Below are positions 1 to 13,860 of a stretch of DNA of 64,000 nt, piece by piece (position 1 is the first letter of the stretch; each line of letters begins with the position of its first letter). This DNA is from Monocercomonoides exilis PA203 (taxonomy: Eukaryota > Protista > Preaxostyla), in NCBI GenBank assembly GCA_001643675.2, contig LSRY02000014.1, positions 1,116,001 through 1,180,000 on the forward strand. Reading direction: 5' to 3'. Both the position numbers and the translations under genes were made by a program. The notes below the pieces were generated by a model that saw only the letters and a program-made list of their open reading frames with translations, was not told where the DNA came from and made no database searches.

Positions 1-634
1 TCAGCAATTGATTTAAATTCCCCCTTTTCTGCTAATCTAACTAAGTGAAATAGTATTTCCCCCAAAACGCTCAAAGTTTCATCGCTTTCAGAAGAACGAA
101 TTTGGTTTATAACTGAAGAAATCAGCATTCCATCTTTTATCATATTATGAAGCAAAGGTGACGTGGAATAATGCGAAACTCCAGTAATCCTTTCCGAAGC
201 AAACTTGTAATGAAGCAAGGATCGCTCTCTCATGTTCGTTGATACGATTTTTTGTTTCAAAGCGTTAAAGTTGTCTGAATATGATTTTGGATTAAAAATA
301 ATCTCTAAAATCGATGCAAAAACTCTCGTCTCTTCTTCGTTATTTGTAGAATTAAAAACTCTGATGCAAGCTTTTATCAAAGAGTGCAAAATGCCCGCAG
401 GAACCACATCCATTTTCCCTTTGTATTTCACGATGATGTCATGAATTTCATTTGAACTTTTAAGCAAATTCTGATGCTTAGTCATTGTTGTTATGCTGCT
501 AAAGAATAAAATCAATTTCAATTGGGAAAGCGCGCAAACGTCAATTTATTTGTCAATTCCTCCAATCTTTCAATAGCTGTTGAAAAACAAGAAAAAATGG
601 AAATCAATGTAAGAAAGACAATAATTGCCAACAT
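1..634 (-). CDS. Hypothetical protein with N-terminal signal peptide; 5' part only, runs off the window
   Basis: ATG at 634 gives MLAIIVFLTLISIFSCFSTA. Removing a 41-nt GT-AG intron (499-539) leaves the frame open to position 1 (SITTMTKHQNLLK...LVRLAEKGEF). Confidence 0.6.
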
Positions 635-1239
635 TTGCTTTTCTCTTCATTCATTTTTTTGTTCTGTCGCATTCAAATTCAAACAGCATGAAAAAAAGCA
701 ATTTTTGAAAAAAATAAAAAATGAAGGCAAATTGCGAATTTCTCGCATGAAAATATATATTAATGAAATAAAAATTAATTATTGAAATTGCCATAAACCC
801 CTGCAACCAATTTTATAACTTTTCCTTTGCTTAATCTTGACGCTATAATTTTCATTTTCTTCAAATATTTTGTTTATGGGATGCAGATTCTTTTAAATAT
901 TTTGAGTTTGACTTTTTTAAGAGTTGTTTTCTCAAAAAAAGTTATTTTCTTTTTTTGAATTTTATCCAGCCAGAACCGTTTCAGTGAATTATTTTTTTTC
1001 TTCAATGGATAATGAAAGAATCAGAATTGTTTTGAAATAATAAACTTCTGAATTGTTAAAATGAATCTCATTTTGTAGATTGTCCTTTAAATATGCATCT
1101 TGTTATTCTTCAAAATAGCGATTGAACGGCGAAGGATTCTCACCTAAAAAAAATCAATTTTTGAAACATACTTAAACTTTGAACAATTCAATAAAACAAA
1201 AATTTGCATATACATAACATAAAAGGCTCTAATATTTCG

Positions 1240-1249
1240 AAAAAAAAAA

Positions 1250-1295
<46 letters not shown>
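1240..1295 (+). repeat. Poly(A) tract of about 55 nt, one T interruption
   Basis: Seen directly. Confidence 0.9.
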
Positions 1296-1299
<4 letters not shown>

Positions 1300-1768
1300 T
1301 TTAAAAAAAATCATCTTCGCTAGAAAATAATTGTCACACTAAAATTGAAAGATGTTAAATAATTCATGAATCGAAAAAATGAAAAGCGACAAAAATTTGT
1401 GAAATTGAAATTTTTGATTCCTTGAAGAATATGATCAACGGGGCAGGATTTGCAGTTTCATCAATTATTTTCGATCAAATAAAAATCATAATTAAATTTT
1501 AATAACATAATTAATCCACAAGTGTTTTCGAAAAAAACATTATTTTTTATGACAATACATATACAACAATCATATATAGACATATGCATACACACGAAAT
1601 TAAAAAATGAGCACTATTATTATTAATTGAAGAGCAATGAATAAACACAACAAAATTTCCAAAAAATAAATTGATAAATACTTGAACTTTGTTCAACAAA
1701 AGATTAAACATTCTTTCTTTTTCATTCATCACAGAAATTACTGTAGTTGTATTTGTATCTTCCCCTTC

Positions 1769-4700
1769 CTATTCACCTTCATCGCCATTCTTAACATCAT
1801 TGCCATTATTATTATCATCAACCATGCTTCTTTCCTCTCTCCCCCTGTGTCCATTTCTGGTATCCGCCTCTTTCAGGTCAATCGCATCTGACACTGTGAG
1901 AATCTTCGCCTCTGCTGGGAAATGCTCAAAAAACTCCTTTTTCAGCTCGCTCAGCATAGGCCTCCCCTCCCGCCCAGGCGAAAGGCATACTCTAATCAGG
2001 TTCCCATATGTTGTGTTCTCCACCACATCCAGCTGAGGCCGCTCTCCCTTCACAATCTTGTCTCCTGCAATACCCGCCTCATACTCCCCAAACGGGATAT
2101 CCAGGGTCAGACACTCCCACAGCATCATCCCAATCGAGAATGCAACCGATTCCTTTGTTGCTCCCATCTTCTTGTTCATCAGCAGCTCTGGCGCCTTCCA
2201 CCTCAGACACTCCTTCCTGTTGTCTTCACAATCCTCAAACGCTGATGAAGGTGGTGGTGAGTCGGTGAATCTCTCGCTCATCACTGAAACATTTGACGAG
2301 GATGAAGAAACGATGGACATCGAACAGATGGATGATGAATCAGAATCATCTGAAGATGAGCAGTCGGAGTGGAGGGCAATGCAGATCACCATGTGCTCAG
2401 AAAACAGCACAATGTGAGGACTCAGGTTGGCCAGCGAAGGCAATTCCTTTTCTTCATCAAATGAATGCAGTGCTCCATTCGCCACCCAGAACAGAATCTG
2501 TGCAGCTGTCATCTCCCTCTCCTTCAAACTCCCAATCGCCATCTCTTTCTTCTCATTCCTCCCATGAAGCAGCATGAACAGTGAATCCCTCAGATCCACA
2601 ATCAGCTTCTCATGCGGTGACGAGCAGGCCATAGCATCCACCAGATTCGACATGGATGAGGTTGTTGGACACAGATCCTCACCCCGAACAAATGTTGAAT
2701 CTGAATCAGTTGTTGAAGTGGATGAAATTGATGAGATGGATGGCGATGTAGTTCTCTTCCTTATCTCTTCTTCTTTTTCATCAACCTTCTCCAGCATCCA
2801 TTCTGGAATCTTGTCTGAATCTTTCCCCAGAATGTATTCAGTTGAACCACTCTCAGACAGAAGATGCTCTGATGACTCTGAATGTTCCATATTCCTCTCA
2901 TACACTCTCTTTTTGATCCTTTCATCGTTCTTCTTCTCAGCCCCCCTCTCTATCCTTCTCCACTGCTCCTCTGGCGACATCTCCATCGTCACCATCTCAA
3001 ATGCCTTCGGATCCTTTCTGAAGTTGTCATTCACAATCTCTCTCAGATCTTTGTTCTCGTTCTTTGCCTTCTTCCATCGAACAATGAATATCACAAGTGA
3101 GATTAGAATTATCAACAATATCACAACAAGCACAATCACAATCAACAACCAATAAGATTTCCCTTCTTTTCCTCCTTCAACAATTCTGTCATCTCCTTTT
3201 CCTTCGGTTTCGCTTCTGTTCTTCAGGATGAAAGAATCAGTCAATGAAGGAGAATCACCTTTTCCAAACAGAAGACTCACAGACACTTCTGTCTCTGCTC
3301 CCACTGCTCCCATCTGAACCGATGAAACAACTGCAACAATTTCGTTCTCTGACACACTTTCCTTTTCTCCAATCCCATAGCTCTCAACCACCTCTTCCCT
3401 TCCATTCCTGAAGCCCAACTTCAACGATACGTTGCAGGGGAGAAGAAGTCTCCCACTCAGCGCGATGATTGTTTTCCCATCAGATGCTGTCTCATTCCTC
3501 GCCTCTTCCACGACTGGGATGAAGAATGATGATGCTCTCTCCTCAATCATCCCTTCAAACTCACATCCTTCATTCAATATCCAAAGTGATGTATTTGGCA
3601 AGACTCCATCTCCTCCTTTCAAACTCATCACATTCAATTCGCCATTCCCTTCACAAATAGCATTCCTTCGCGCTGATCCGTATCCCTCAATAGAAGGATT
3701 GTTGTTCTCAAATTCACCTTTCTCAATCTTCACATTCCCTCCACCCACCCACAGCCCACCTCTCTTGCTCTTCATAATCGTTGTTTCCCTCATCACCACT
3801 TTGCTATTTTCAATATCAACCAATGACCCATTCCATTCACATAATCCTTCTTTTCCTTCAACCTCTTCATTGATAATCTCAACTTCTTTTTCTCCATCAA
3901 ACACACATGCCTCAACCTTCACTTCCTTGGATCGTCTCATCTGCATCATGCTTCCCTTGTCCACCGAATTCACACATTTTCCAAATGAGCAATTCAGCAC
4001 ACTCACCTCTTGTTCTGCATCTTCCATCGCAACAACACATGTTTCTGACCCAAGAGTCACATTCTCAATCACCATGATCTTCATCTCCACTTTCGCCTTC
4101 CCTCCAACACTCACAACATCTCCCTCACATTTGATATTTGACATTCTTGTTTCAACAATTATCACACTCGATTCTTTGCAAAATGAAAGTATTGATTTTG
4201 TTGAATGAATGTCCCTGAATGTTGTTTCTGATATCTTCAGCTCTCCGCTTTCATCGCTTGCAATTGAACTGTTCAACTTCAACTCAATCGTTGTTGGAGA
4301 AGAGAAGAATTCACATTTCTGTATTTCCATTGACCCATTCTTCACTTTCATGAGACAATTGTGAGTTGACACAAATCCATCTTCAAACTGGAATGAGCAC
4401 CTCTCTACTGAACATTCATTCACAAACTCCATCACACAATCCTTCTCAGCTGATTTCTCAATCTTGCAGTTCAATCGAACAATTCCCTGTGTCTTTTTCA
4501 ATGAATTCACATCCAGGTCTCCAACCACACATTCCTTTGTCACAGCCCCTTCCCCATCAATCAGAATTGCATTCATCACACCTTGCTCAATGTGGTCAAC
4601 CCCACAATTGATGCTGGAACAAGGATTGGTCTGTGCTCCACATTGTCTGCCATCACTCCCTGTTCCATTCAAAAACACCTGTGTCGAATAATAGTATGTG

Positions 4701-7700
4701 ATAAGCGGAATTAGATCAACATCTCCCTCGCTTTCAATATCCCTCCCACAGATAGAGTTGTTCGAGTTCAATGACTCCTGGTTGTAGTTCAACGCAAACA
4801 GCGTTTCGTTGATCTGATGGGCGATTGAGAAGCATCTGATGAATATGTCTTTCCCCACATGTGCCTCATTCATAACGAACAGGATGTTCACAATCTTGAA
4901 TTTCAGAGATGGAATCTGAGTTTCATTTCCATAATTCGCATTCGGATCATATCCATCAATATGCAGCCCTCCTCCACACCCTGAACCAGTCGAGCACTTA
5001 CACATCGAAAATGAGCTGCCATTAACTTTCAAAACTGATTCTTCGCTCTTCTGCACCACTCTCATTCCTCCTCCTTCTGCACTCGAAGCGCTCTTGCAGT
5101 TTGTGATTGAACACTCTTCTATCACACACTCCACTCCATGTTCAAATGATCCCACATCAATAACACTCGCTCTGCTTTCTTCGTTTGTGATGTTCGCAAA
5201 TGAACATCCCACGATCCTCAAAACTGGTCTATACCCATTTGAAAAAGTGCATTCCTTTCCATTCGTCTGGTTATCCTCTTCTATGATCGAAATCAGACTT
5301 CTCTCTGTCACATCAGCAAATGAAATGTTCACATTCTGAACAGTCACCTCATGTGCACTTGGACTGAACGCAATCAACCCTTTCAACTCTGAAATCAAAC
5401 TCAACGAACACCTCTCAATCACAACACTCCCCAAATTCACTCTCATCACACAAAATCCAAAACTTTCTGCCACCCCTCTCCCTGGGCCAAATGAACAATC
5501 TGAGACAGACAATAATGTGTTTGTTCCTGACGATTCAATGAATACTGCATGATAAGTGGAGGTGCTTTGCATTGTGAATGACACATTCACAAATGACAGA
5601 CTCACATTCGAGGATATCATTGAACCATCATTCATATCATTCTCATCTTCATCACTTATCGTCACACCTGTCCCTTTCTTTGTCCCTTCAATCACCACTT
5701 TTGGTGACTCTGAAATTGATGATGAAGAAGACAAAAATGAAAATGAAAATGATATGGAATGGCTCAGCAATCCTGATCCCGCAATGGCAATATGTGTCTC
5801 CCCTCCTCCAAGTGTTGAATATCGAAGTGATATCAAGTGGTTAATCGATGAGCATGGTGCTTCAGAATATCCACATCCACTGAAGTCACCTCCTTTCTCC
5901 TTTGAAACAAACCCATCCCCACTCCAGTTCCTCCACAAATACACAACCAGTGGAATCACATATCCATTTTCTCCTGTCGTCTTCCTCTCCCATCCACTCA
6001 ATTCGTCCAATGATCCCAACTCCTCTGAATTCATTTCCCATTTCAGGTGCTCCTTCTTCACAATCTCACTCAGATCCCATCCTGAAACAAACACATTCTT
6101 CCCTTTCCAGGCATTGCATCTTTCAAATTTCATTCCTTCAAGCACAAATGATCCAATTTGGTCTGACAGCTTCACAAACATCCCTCCTCCCATTCCTCTT
6201 CCTCTCTCTGAGTTATCCTCTGTTGGCACTTCGCATCCCTAAAACTTTACATTTTTCATTTCCAAACTCCCTCCCATTCCCATTGATATCATCATCCCTC
6301 CCCCTTTCATTTCATTTCCATCTGAGCATTTTGATGACAAATTGCATCCTTCAATATTCATATTCCCATTTACACACATCTCAACATTCAAGCATCCTCC
6401 TCCAGCACCACCTGTCACTTTCACTGCACTCATTCTGCTGTTATTCATCTCCAATTCAACCCCGTTCGAAATAACAATTGGAGATTTCCCATTCATTCTC
6501 GCTCCCCCTTCCATTATAAATCCATGAACAATCAGCCCTCCTCCCTCAATGCATATCACTTTGTATCCAATCAATTCACAATTTCCAAACGAGACTGAAC
6601 AGCTGGTCATTGTGATGATTGATGATGATGATGAGGAGTGGATAAATGCATTTCTCCTCCCATTCATTTCTTCATTCATCACAAATGACAAATATCTCAT
6701 TTCAAATGATTTTGAACATTCAATAAGGTTGTTTTGATTTATCGATCCTTCATCCCTCACAGCCACCTTCATCCCCTCTTCTTTCCCTGAAACACTCACC
6801 CCAAATGAAGCCACTTTCATTTCACTTTTTATTGATGATTCAGAAGCAATTTCAATTTCATGAATGGTGTTGTTCGCCCTCATATTCACACAATAATCAA
6901 TCGTCAAACACCCAAACTCCTCAAACCCACAATGGCTCTGATCCAATGATCTCTCTCCTCTCCCATCAACTCTCAACTTTGCGCCAATTGAGCACAAATA
7001 CACAAACAGTGGAATCACTTCACCTTCTCTCCCATTCTCACTCCCACACAACTTCAGGGCATCTGAGGGAATCACACTGGAATCAAAAAACTCAAATGAA
7101 CTCACATTCACTTTCGACTCTAATAATACATCTCTTCCACAATCAACAAACACATCTTTTCCATATTCAGCTTTGTTATTCTCCCCAAACAAACCCTCTC
7201 TATCTGATTTCATTTTCAATGAACCACCCCTGCTTTCCATCATAATCATCATCCCTCCTCCTCTCTCTTCACTCTCCCCTGAACTCTTTGCCTCACACCC
7301 ATCAATTACACAACTCCCATTCAAAACAACACTCCCTTCCCCCTTCACTCCAACACATATCCCTCCTCCTCTTCCACCAACACACCTGCACCCCTTCACA
7401 ACACACGATTCAAACACAATAATCCCATTCTTCCCCTCATCTCTCTCTGCTCCAACAACTCCACTCACCCATCCTCCATCTCCACTTCTCTTCTCAATGT
7501 TGTTCACCTCACACCCACAAAACACAACTGATTCCACCCCTTCACCAAACTCAACCAGCGAATGCTCTCCAAATCTCAAGGTCTCTGTGATCGCCAATCC
7601 CTCTACTTTCACTTTTCCCCCAATCACATTCACAAAACAATATCCAATGGAATTCTCAGAGGAACAAACAACAGAACAGTCAGTGAGTGTGAGGAGAGTG

Positions 7701-10700
7701 GAATTGGATGTTATCAAAGATGATGCACCGGACAGAGCATATGGAATACAGAACTTGATGTTTCTCACTGAACATTTGCTCAACACCTCAATCAGACAAG
7801 ATGACTCAAAATTCTCTGGTGCTTTCGCCCCAACTTCCATCCCTTTTGTCACACATGAAATCTCCCATTCACAGCCATCTGTCATTCCAACTGCCTCACA
7901 AAGCTCAAATCCTGAATCCAATTCGATCTTCTTGTTTGTGTTGGGATATCTCACCTGCGCTGCATGGGTGATGGTGGCACACGGATAATAGTCAAACCCA
8001 CAGAACCACGAGTCGTATCCACCCACCACATCTTCTCCCTTCCCCACATGTGCTGCATCTGGATATGAATCCAAATACACATTCAATGGGAACAGCCCCA
8101 TTGTTTTGTCATTCCGATCATATCCCACCAGCTCATCGTATTTTGAATCTTCATGTTGAACATTCAGCGTTGAGGAGCTTATTCCCCAGCTCACCGAATC
8201 GCTCCCATTCACAAACACATTATTCCCTCCCAATGAGGCAGAACACCCTGAAAAGTCAACTGACACAATCGAGAAGTCGTGTGAGTCATCAGCAAGATGC
8301 AGCATCATCCCTCCTCCATATCCGCTGCACTTGCATCTGTTGATTGTTGATGATTCAACCTGATACTTGCTCGTATCTGTTTCCAACTCAACCTTGATCC
8401 CTCCACCACTGCCATTCTCACACCCACAATCCTCGACTGTCACATTCCGAACAACAAATGTCTCCCCTTCCTTCACACTCTTTGCCACAACCACCCCATC
8501 TCCTTCTGTCAGCTTCACATTATTCACCGTCAAGTTCGCCAGAATACTTTCTCCAGATGCTGTGTCTATCAAAAAAATGGAAGATGAGGAGGATAAAGAA
8601 GGAGACAGAACTGGTTCAGACAACAATGATTTTGAGACATTCATATCTTTGATCTCCACATCAGCCATCGACAGCTGTGACAGCGGCACCACAAACACTG
8701 ATGATGATATCACATATTCTCCTGTTTCACTCGTGGTAATCACAATATCTTCCAATGAGAGTGACCCACTCCCATCAGACACCACAACCACACTCGGTGA
8801 AGAAGGATTTGTATTTGAGTTAAAATCAACATTCAACTGACTTATCCACAGATGACCTGTTGACACAATGAATAGCGCTCCTGCTGCTGATGGAGATGAA
8901 AGTGCTCCTGTTCCAATCGAACTTGCTTCCCTTCCCTTCCCAATGACCGAAATCTTCTTTGTCCCAATTTCAATCGTTGTTGCCTCGCTTGTGTGATCCC
9001 CTTCAAGCAGCGTGATTGATAAACTAATCTGTTCCTCACACATCTCAAAGGCCTTCTTAACAGTTTTGCACGGATTTGACTCCTTCGTCCCACACAGCTC
9101 ATGCAAGTCATTTCCATTCACTGAGACATAAATCGTCTTGTCTTTCAGCCAATCCTTTTTAGCAATTTGGTCAAATGTCCATGCACCTGCATTGGAGTAA
9201 TTACACAAATAGCAAACTCTTTTGTCATTTCTATTTGTTGTATAACATTTATGGAACGGATTTTCAGAGTTCAAAAACAGATTAAATGTGTCTGCAAATT
9301 CAGCATCATGCCCATATGGAGTATCTGAAGATCTGCAATGGCATTCATGAAACAACAAAAAATAGCAATAAATTCCATGATCTGGCTTTGAGGTTTTTTC
9401 TGGTCTGAAGCAAAATCCCCCTCCCTCTCTAAATGCTGAACATGAGATAAATTGAATGTTTCTCATTGAAAATGAGAAAGGAACAGCGTAACACCACATC
9501 CCACCACCTATTATATTTTCAACATAGCACAAAGAATAATTGCAGTTAAAGACACATGCGCTCTCCCCTTCTCCAGTTATTGATCCTGTGCATTCTGTTC
9601 CTGAAATTTGAAAAGAATGAAGCAACAAACCTCCTCCTTGACTATTTGCCTTGCAATTCTTCATTTCACATCCAATAATCCGAACACATGATGAAATCGA
9701 ACTAATGAACGCTCCTCCTCCGAAATGATTTTTCGCTGTACATGAATTGAAGGTGTTGTTAATTATCTCAACAGATTTTATATTATGGCACATAACTCCT
9801 CCCCCATCATAATGAGAAAAGCAGTCATTGAAAGAACATTGAGAAACAGACAATGAGGCTGATGATTGATCAAACATGCAAATCGCCCCGCCACTCGATA
9901 TTCCATCAGAAACAGAATCGCTTGTTCCAGTCGTCCTTGATCCGTTCCACTCACACCAAGTGAATGAATTTACTCCGTTGAATGTTTCGTTCTGTCTGTC
10001 GGGTTTCAACGGAACCACTGAAGTTCCTTCACATTTCACATTTCTTGTCCGACAACACCCAACAAATGAGGTTTGAGGCGGTCAAAGAGGCCAAGGGGTT
10101 GTTGAGGGAATGAACAATCCCGCCATCATACGCATCACAAACTGTTGAGAATGAGCAGCAGCTCATGACGCAGGTGGTTTCGCGGGAGGAAGCTGCTCGC
10201 GAAGTGCCAGTCGAAGATGGAAATGAAATATTGGAAAATTTCAGACCAGTAAGAATAACATTCTCAATCAATGAAGAAGCCAGAAATGGAGTAGAGGAGA
10301 CAGAAAATGAAGAAAAACATGAAAGGCAGACAAAAAGGAAGTTTAAGTCGGAATTTGTGCTGATTGTGCCTTTTGATGAGAAAAGCGGAGAAATTTCGTT
10401 CGATAATGGATTTGATGATTGCAATGTGATATTTTCCAGTAATGCACAACTCCCATTCATTTCAAAAAGAGATGTTCCACAACTCATTATAACCATGCAA
10501 CCTCTTAAAGCAGCTAGACTCCCTTCAGTTCCGCAAATTGCAGCCTTTTCATTCACAGATACCAATTCCAATCCACTCCATCCAACTGAAGCATTCTTCA
10601 AATCAAAGCACCCTTTGATCAAACATTCTCCTTTCTTTGAATTGAATTTTTTCAGAATTGTTGAGCTCCTATTGAAAATCTGCCGTTGATTTTTCAAATT

Positions 10701-11048
10701 GCAATCTTTTTCGCATTCGGGAAATCTGCCTTCTTTGCATTTCTCATTTTCGAAGATTTTCCTTTCTGTTACCTCATTTTCCTTCATGATTTTTTTGTGC
10801 GATGAAGAAGATAATTCGTTGTGAATATCACCGCTGATTTTGTTTTTCAATTCTTCATTCGGAAATCTATTTCCATGTGCAGGAATAAATTTCTCATTAT
10901 TAAAATCATCACTTGCGCAGATCACTTCAAGTCCCACAGACTCGATGAAATCTTTACGAAGTATTTTCTGTTCACTGATCATAATAGCTATCGCAATTAA
11001 CAGCATTTTTGGCTCGAAATCTTTGTTTTTTATGTTCGAATTATCCAT
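1769..11048 (-). pseudogene. Giant single-pass surface protein (GG[A/G]-FxxC beta-helix-like repeats, TM helix, degenerate TKL-type kinase C-lobe), broken by a frameshift and a nonsense codon
   Basis: Three consecutive ORFs: 10029-11048, 6239-10039, 1769-6229. A frameshift near 10071 joins ASN to SFVGCCRTRNVKCEGT. TAG at 6239-6241 is in frame (VKF*GCEVPTE). TM segment YWLLIVIVLVVILLIILISLVIFIV; kinase-like RWKAPELL and SIGMMLWECLTLDIPF. Confidence 0.8.
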
Positions 11049-11533
11049 ATTTTCATTATGGGTAATTTTGATCTTCCATATTTATGTTTTGTTTATTTCT
11101 TTTTGATTTATTTTTGTATTTTTTGGGCAAAAAATTTCAATTATGAAAACAATAGAGATTTATTCCAATCTTTTTCAATATATTATTATTATTTATTTTC
11201 CATTGGTATACAAAAAAATACTAAATTTTTTTATATGTAAATGATGATGATAAAAAAAAATTGCGTGGAACAAAATTCATTATACGTAATATTTATCTAC
11301 GTTTCTATGAAAACAAATACAAAATAAAGAATTGAATTTGATATCACACGATTTATACACGAAATTGTTTATTGTGGGCGTAAACAAATACAAAAAGTTC
11401 AAAACAAACACTAAAAATAATTTTTTCTTTGAAAAATTATTTTTAAATTCAAAACAGTTTTATGAAAATGAAATTTTTGAATCAAAACACTTAATGGTTA
11501 TTTGATCAAGTTATTTTTTAATTTGCTCTTATA

Positions 11534-13465
11534 ATGTCTGTCAACGATGAAAACGATGTTCAAACGTTATTAAAGCGTGTTAAAGAACTTGAAGAAACAA
11601 TTTCACAACAAGCTGTTCAATTAAACGAACAAAAAAAGAAGATTGAATCGTCAAAACCAATTTCTGTAGATGTTCATTGCAAAAATATGACTCGCACAGT
11701 TATGGTTGCACGCTCGGATAAATTAGAAGACATACAGGGAAGCATTAAAAGTGCATTTAACCTAACTACAATGCCTACACTTTATCTTGGAGAAAAGCAA
11801 ATTACTGAAGAATATTGGGCTTCTGCTCCTCTGTTTACGTCTAACGTACCAAAACTTATAAAATGTGAAATATTTTCTCCATGGGATGTTGCAGGATCCG
11901 AAGAATCAGGAATCGATTACGATAAACTTGTTACTCAATTTGGATTGAAACATATTGATCATGAATTGATCGAACGCTTTGAACGTTTAACTGGAATGCC
12001 TGCTCATCCATGGTTGCGCCGTGGATTTTTTTATTGCCATCGTGGCTTTGATCTTATTTTGGATCACTTAGAACAAGGAAATATTATTTATTTGTACACA
12101 GGGCGAGGCCCATCTTCAACATCACTTCATCTCGGACATATGATTCAATTTATGTTCGCAAAATATCTTCAAGATGCTTTCAAATGCGTTCTTGTTATCC
12201 AAATGTCAAATGATGAAAAATTTATTTTCAAAAAAGAACTTTCAATAGAGGATGTGGAGCATATGACTTTTGAAAACACGAAGGATGTGATGGCGTGTGG
12301 CTTTGATCCTTCTCGTACATTCATTTTTTCTGACTTGGATTATATCGGAGCTATGTACCGTCCTGTTCTGCGTCTGTTAAAGAATACAACAGCACACACT
12401 GAATCAAAAATCTATGGTTTTGATGGATCTTCTCCAGCTGGATTTTACACTTGGCCTTCAATTCAGGCAGCTCCTAGTTTTTCGTGTTCGTTCCCGCATT
12501 TATTTGGGCCTCCATATACGGACACAACAACAGGCGCTGCAATTGGTCCATGCAAGCCATGGAATAGAAAATTGAAGAGAAAGGAAGAGCCAAAAAAGGA
12601 AGAGGAAAAAGAAGAGAAAAAGGCAATCGAAACAAAAGAAGCCGCACCAAAAGAAGAAGGAGGAAAAGTGCAAAAACAAAAATCGGCCTCTTCATCTTCT
12701 TCCAAAGGCAAAGGAAAAGGAAAAAGCAACGAATCACAGTGGGCTGTGCAGTGCCTCATTCCCTGTGCCATTGACCAGGATCCATATTTCCGGATGAGTT
12801 TGGACTTGGCATCGTCGTTAGGGTTCCCAGCGCCCTGCACACTTTACTCGCGCTTCGTTCCTGATCTGAGCGGAGGCGCCACGAAGATGAGTGCATCAGC
12901 ACAGCTTGGGGCGTCTGCGTCTAATTCAGATAGCGCCTCGTCTTCTTCGACGCCATCTGGAAAGGCAGCAGCAGCGCAAGGCACCCCGAAGACGATCTTT
13001 ATGAGCGACACCCCAAAATCCATTGCACGCGCAGTGAACAGCGGTTTCTCCATTGGCGCAGACACGAAAAAAGACCAGGCCGAAAACGGAGCGAAGATTA
13101 AAGACCTCAAACGAGATGCAGCGTTTTCCTATCTCGAGATCTTTGACCTGGAGACGCCTGATGAAGAGCTGGCAGAGCTAGGACGGAAGTACCTGGCGGG
13201 TGCAGAGGGCGATCCGGACGAGTCGCATCTGGTGATGTCAGGGACAATCAAGCAGAGGCTGATTAAAGTGCTGTGTGATCTTGCAGCGAAGCACCAGGAG
13301 CGCAGAAAGGCGATCACTGATGAGCAGGTGAGGGCGATGATGAGGCTGCGCCCGCTGGACATCAAGAGGCTGATCGAAGAGAAAGCGAAAGAGGCGCAGA
13401 TGGAGAAAGAGAAAGAATGTGAAAAAAAAGATGAAGCAGAGAAGGAAACTGAAAAGAAAGAATAA
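11534..13465 (+). CDS. WARS: Tryptophanyl-tRNA synthetase, eukaryotic cytosolic type
   Basis: Motifs PWDV, IDYDKLVTQFG, RRGFFYCHR, YLYTGRGPSS, HLGH (HIGH), QAAPSFS, CLIPCAIDQDPYFR, KMSAS (KMSKS). Confidence 0.97.
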   Translation: MSVNDENDVQTLLKRVKELEETISQQAVQLNEQKKKIESSKPISVDVHCKNMTRTVMVARSDKLEDIQGSIKSAFNLTTMPTLYLGEKQITEEYWASAPLFTSNVPKLIKCEIFSPWDVAGSEESGIDYDKLVTQFGLKHIDHELIERFERLTGMPAHPWLRRGFFYCHRGFDLILDHLEQGNIIYLYTGRGPSSTSLHLGHMIQFMFAKYLQDAFKCVLVIQMSNDEKFIFKKELSIEDVEHMTFENTKDVMACGFDPSRTFIFSDLDYIGAMYRPVLRLLKNTTAHTESKIYGFDGSSPAGFYTWPSIQAAPSFSCSFPHLFGPPYTDTTTGAAIGPCKPWNRKLKRKEEPKKEEEKEEKKAIETKEAAPKEEGGKVQKQKSASSSSSKGKGKGKSNESQWAVQCLIPCAIDQDPYFRMSLDLASSLGFPAPCTLYSRFVPDLSGGATKMSASAQLGASASNSDSASSSSTPSGKAAAAQGTPKTIFMSDTPKSIARAVNSGFSIGADTKKDQAENGAKIKDLKRDAAFSYLEIFDLETPDEELAELGRKYLAGAEGDPDESHLVMSGTIKQRLIKVLCDLAAKHQERRKAITDEQVRAMMRLRPLDIKRLIEEKAKEAQMEKEKECEKKDEAEKETEKKE

Positions 13466-13860
13466 ATTTATTTATTTATTTATTTTATTTTTTATGAATC
13501 CTCTTTTTTCATTGCATTTTTCTTTCTTTATGTGAGTACTATTTTTTAAACTTTCTCCATTTACCACACAATGGTTTCTTTCTTTTTCTTTCCTTCTTTT
13601 TTTTTAAATGTAAAGTCATATTTTTGTGACAAGAGAGACAAGTTTTCAGATCTTTGAGGTGAGAGCAAGTTTGTTGCGTTCGTGAAATGTCCGCAAAAGC
13701 AGATGATGAAGTTTTTTTAAGAAAGTATCAGAAATATCTCGTAAAAAATTAAAATAACTAAAAATCGAAAAAAAATTATCCAATTGAATGAAGTGTGTTT
13801 GAAGTGCAGAGGCAGATGAAATAAATAATAGAACAACAACAATAACAACATTGAATTGCT

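Noticed and set aside
1240-1295. Poly(A) as a retroelement tail
   Set aside because: No target duplication or RT/SINE body recognisable upstream; A-runs are common in these spacers.
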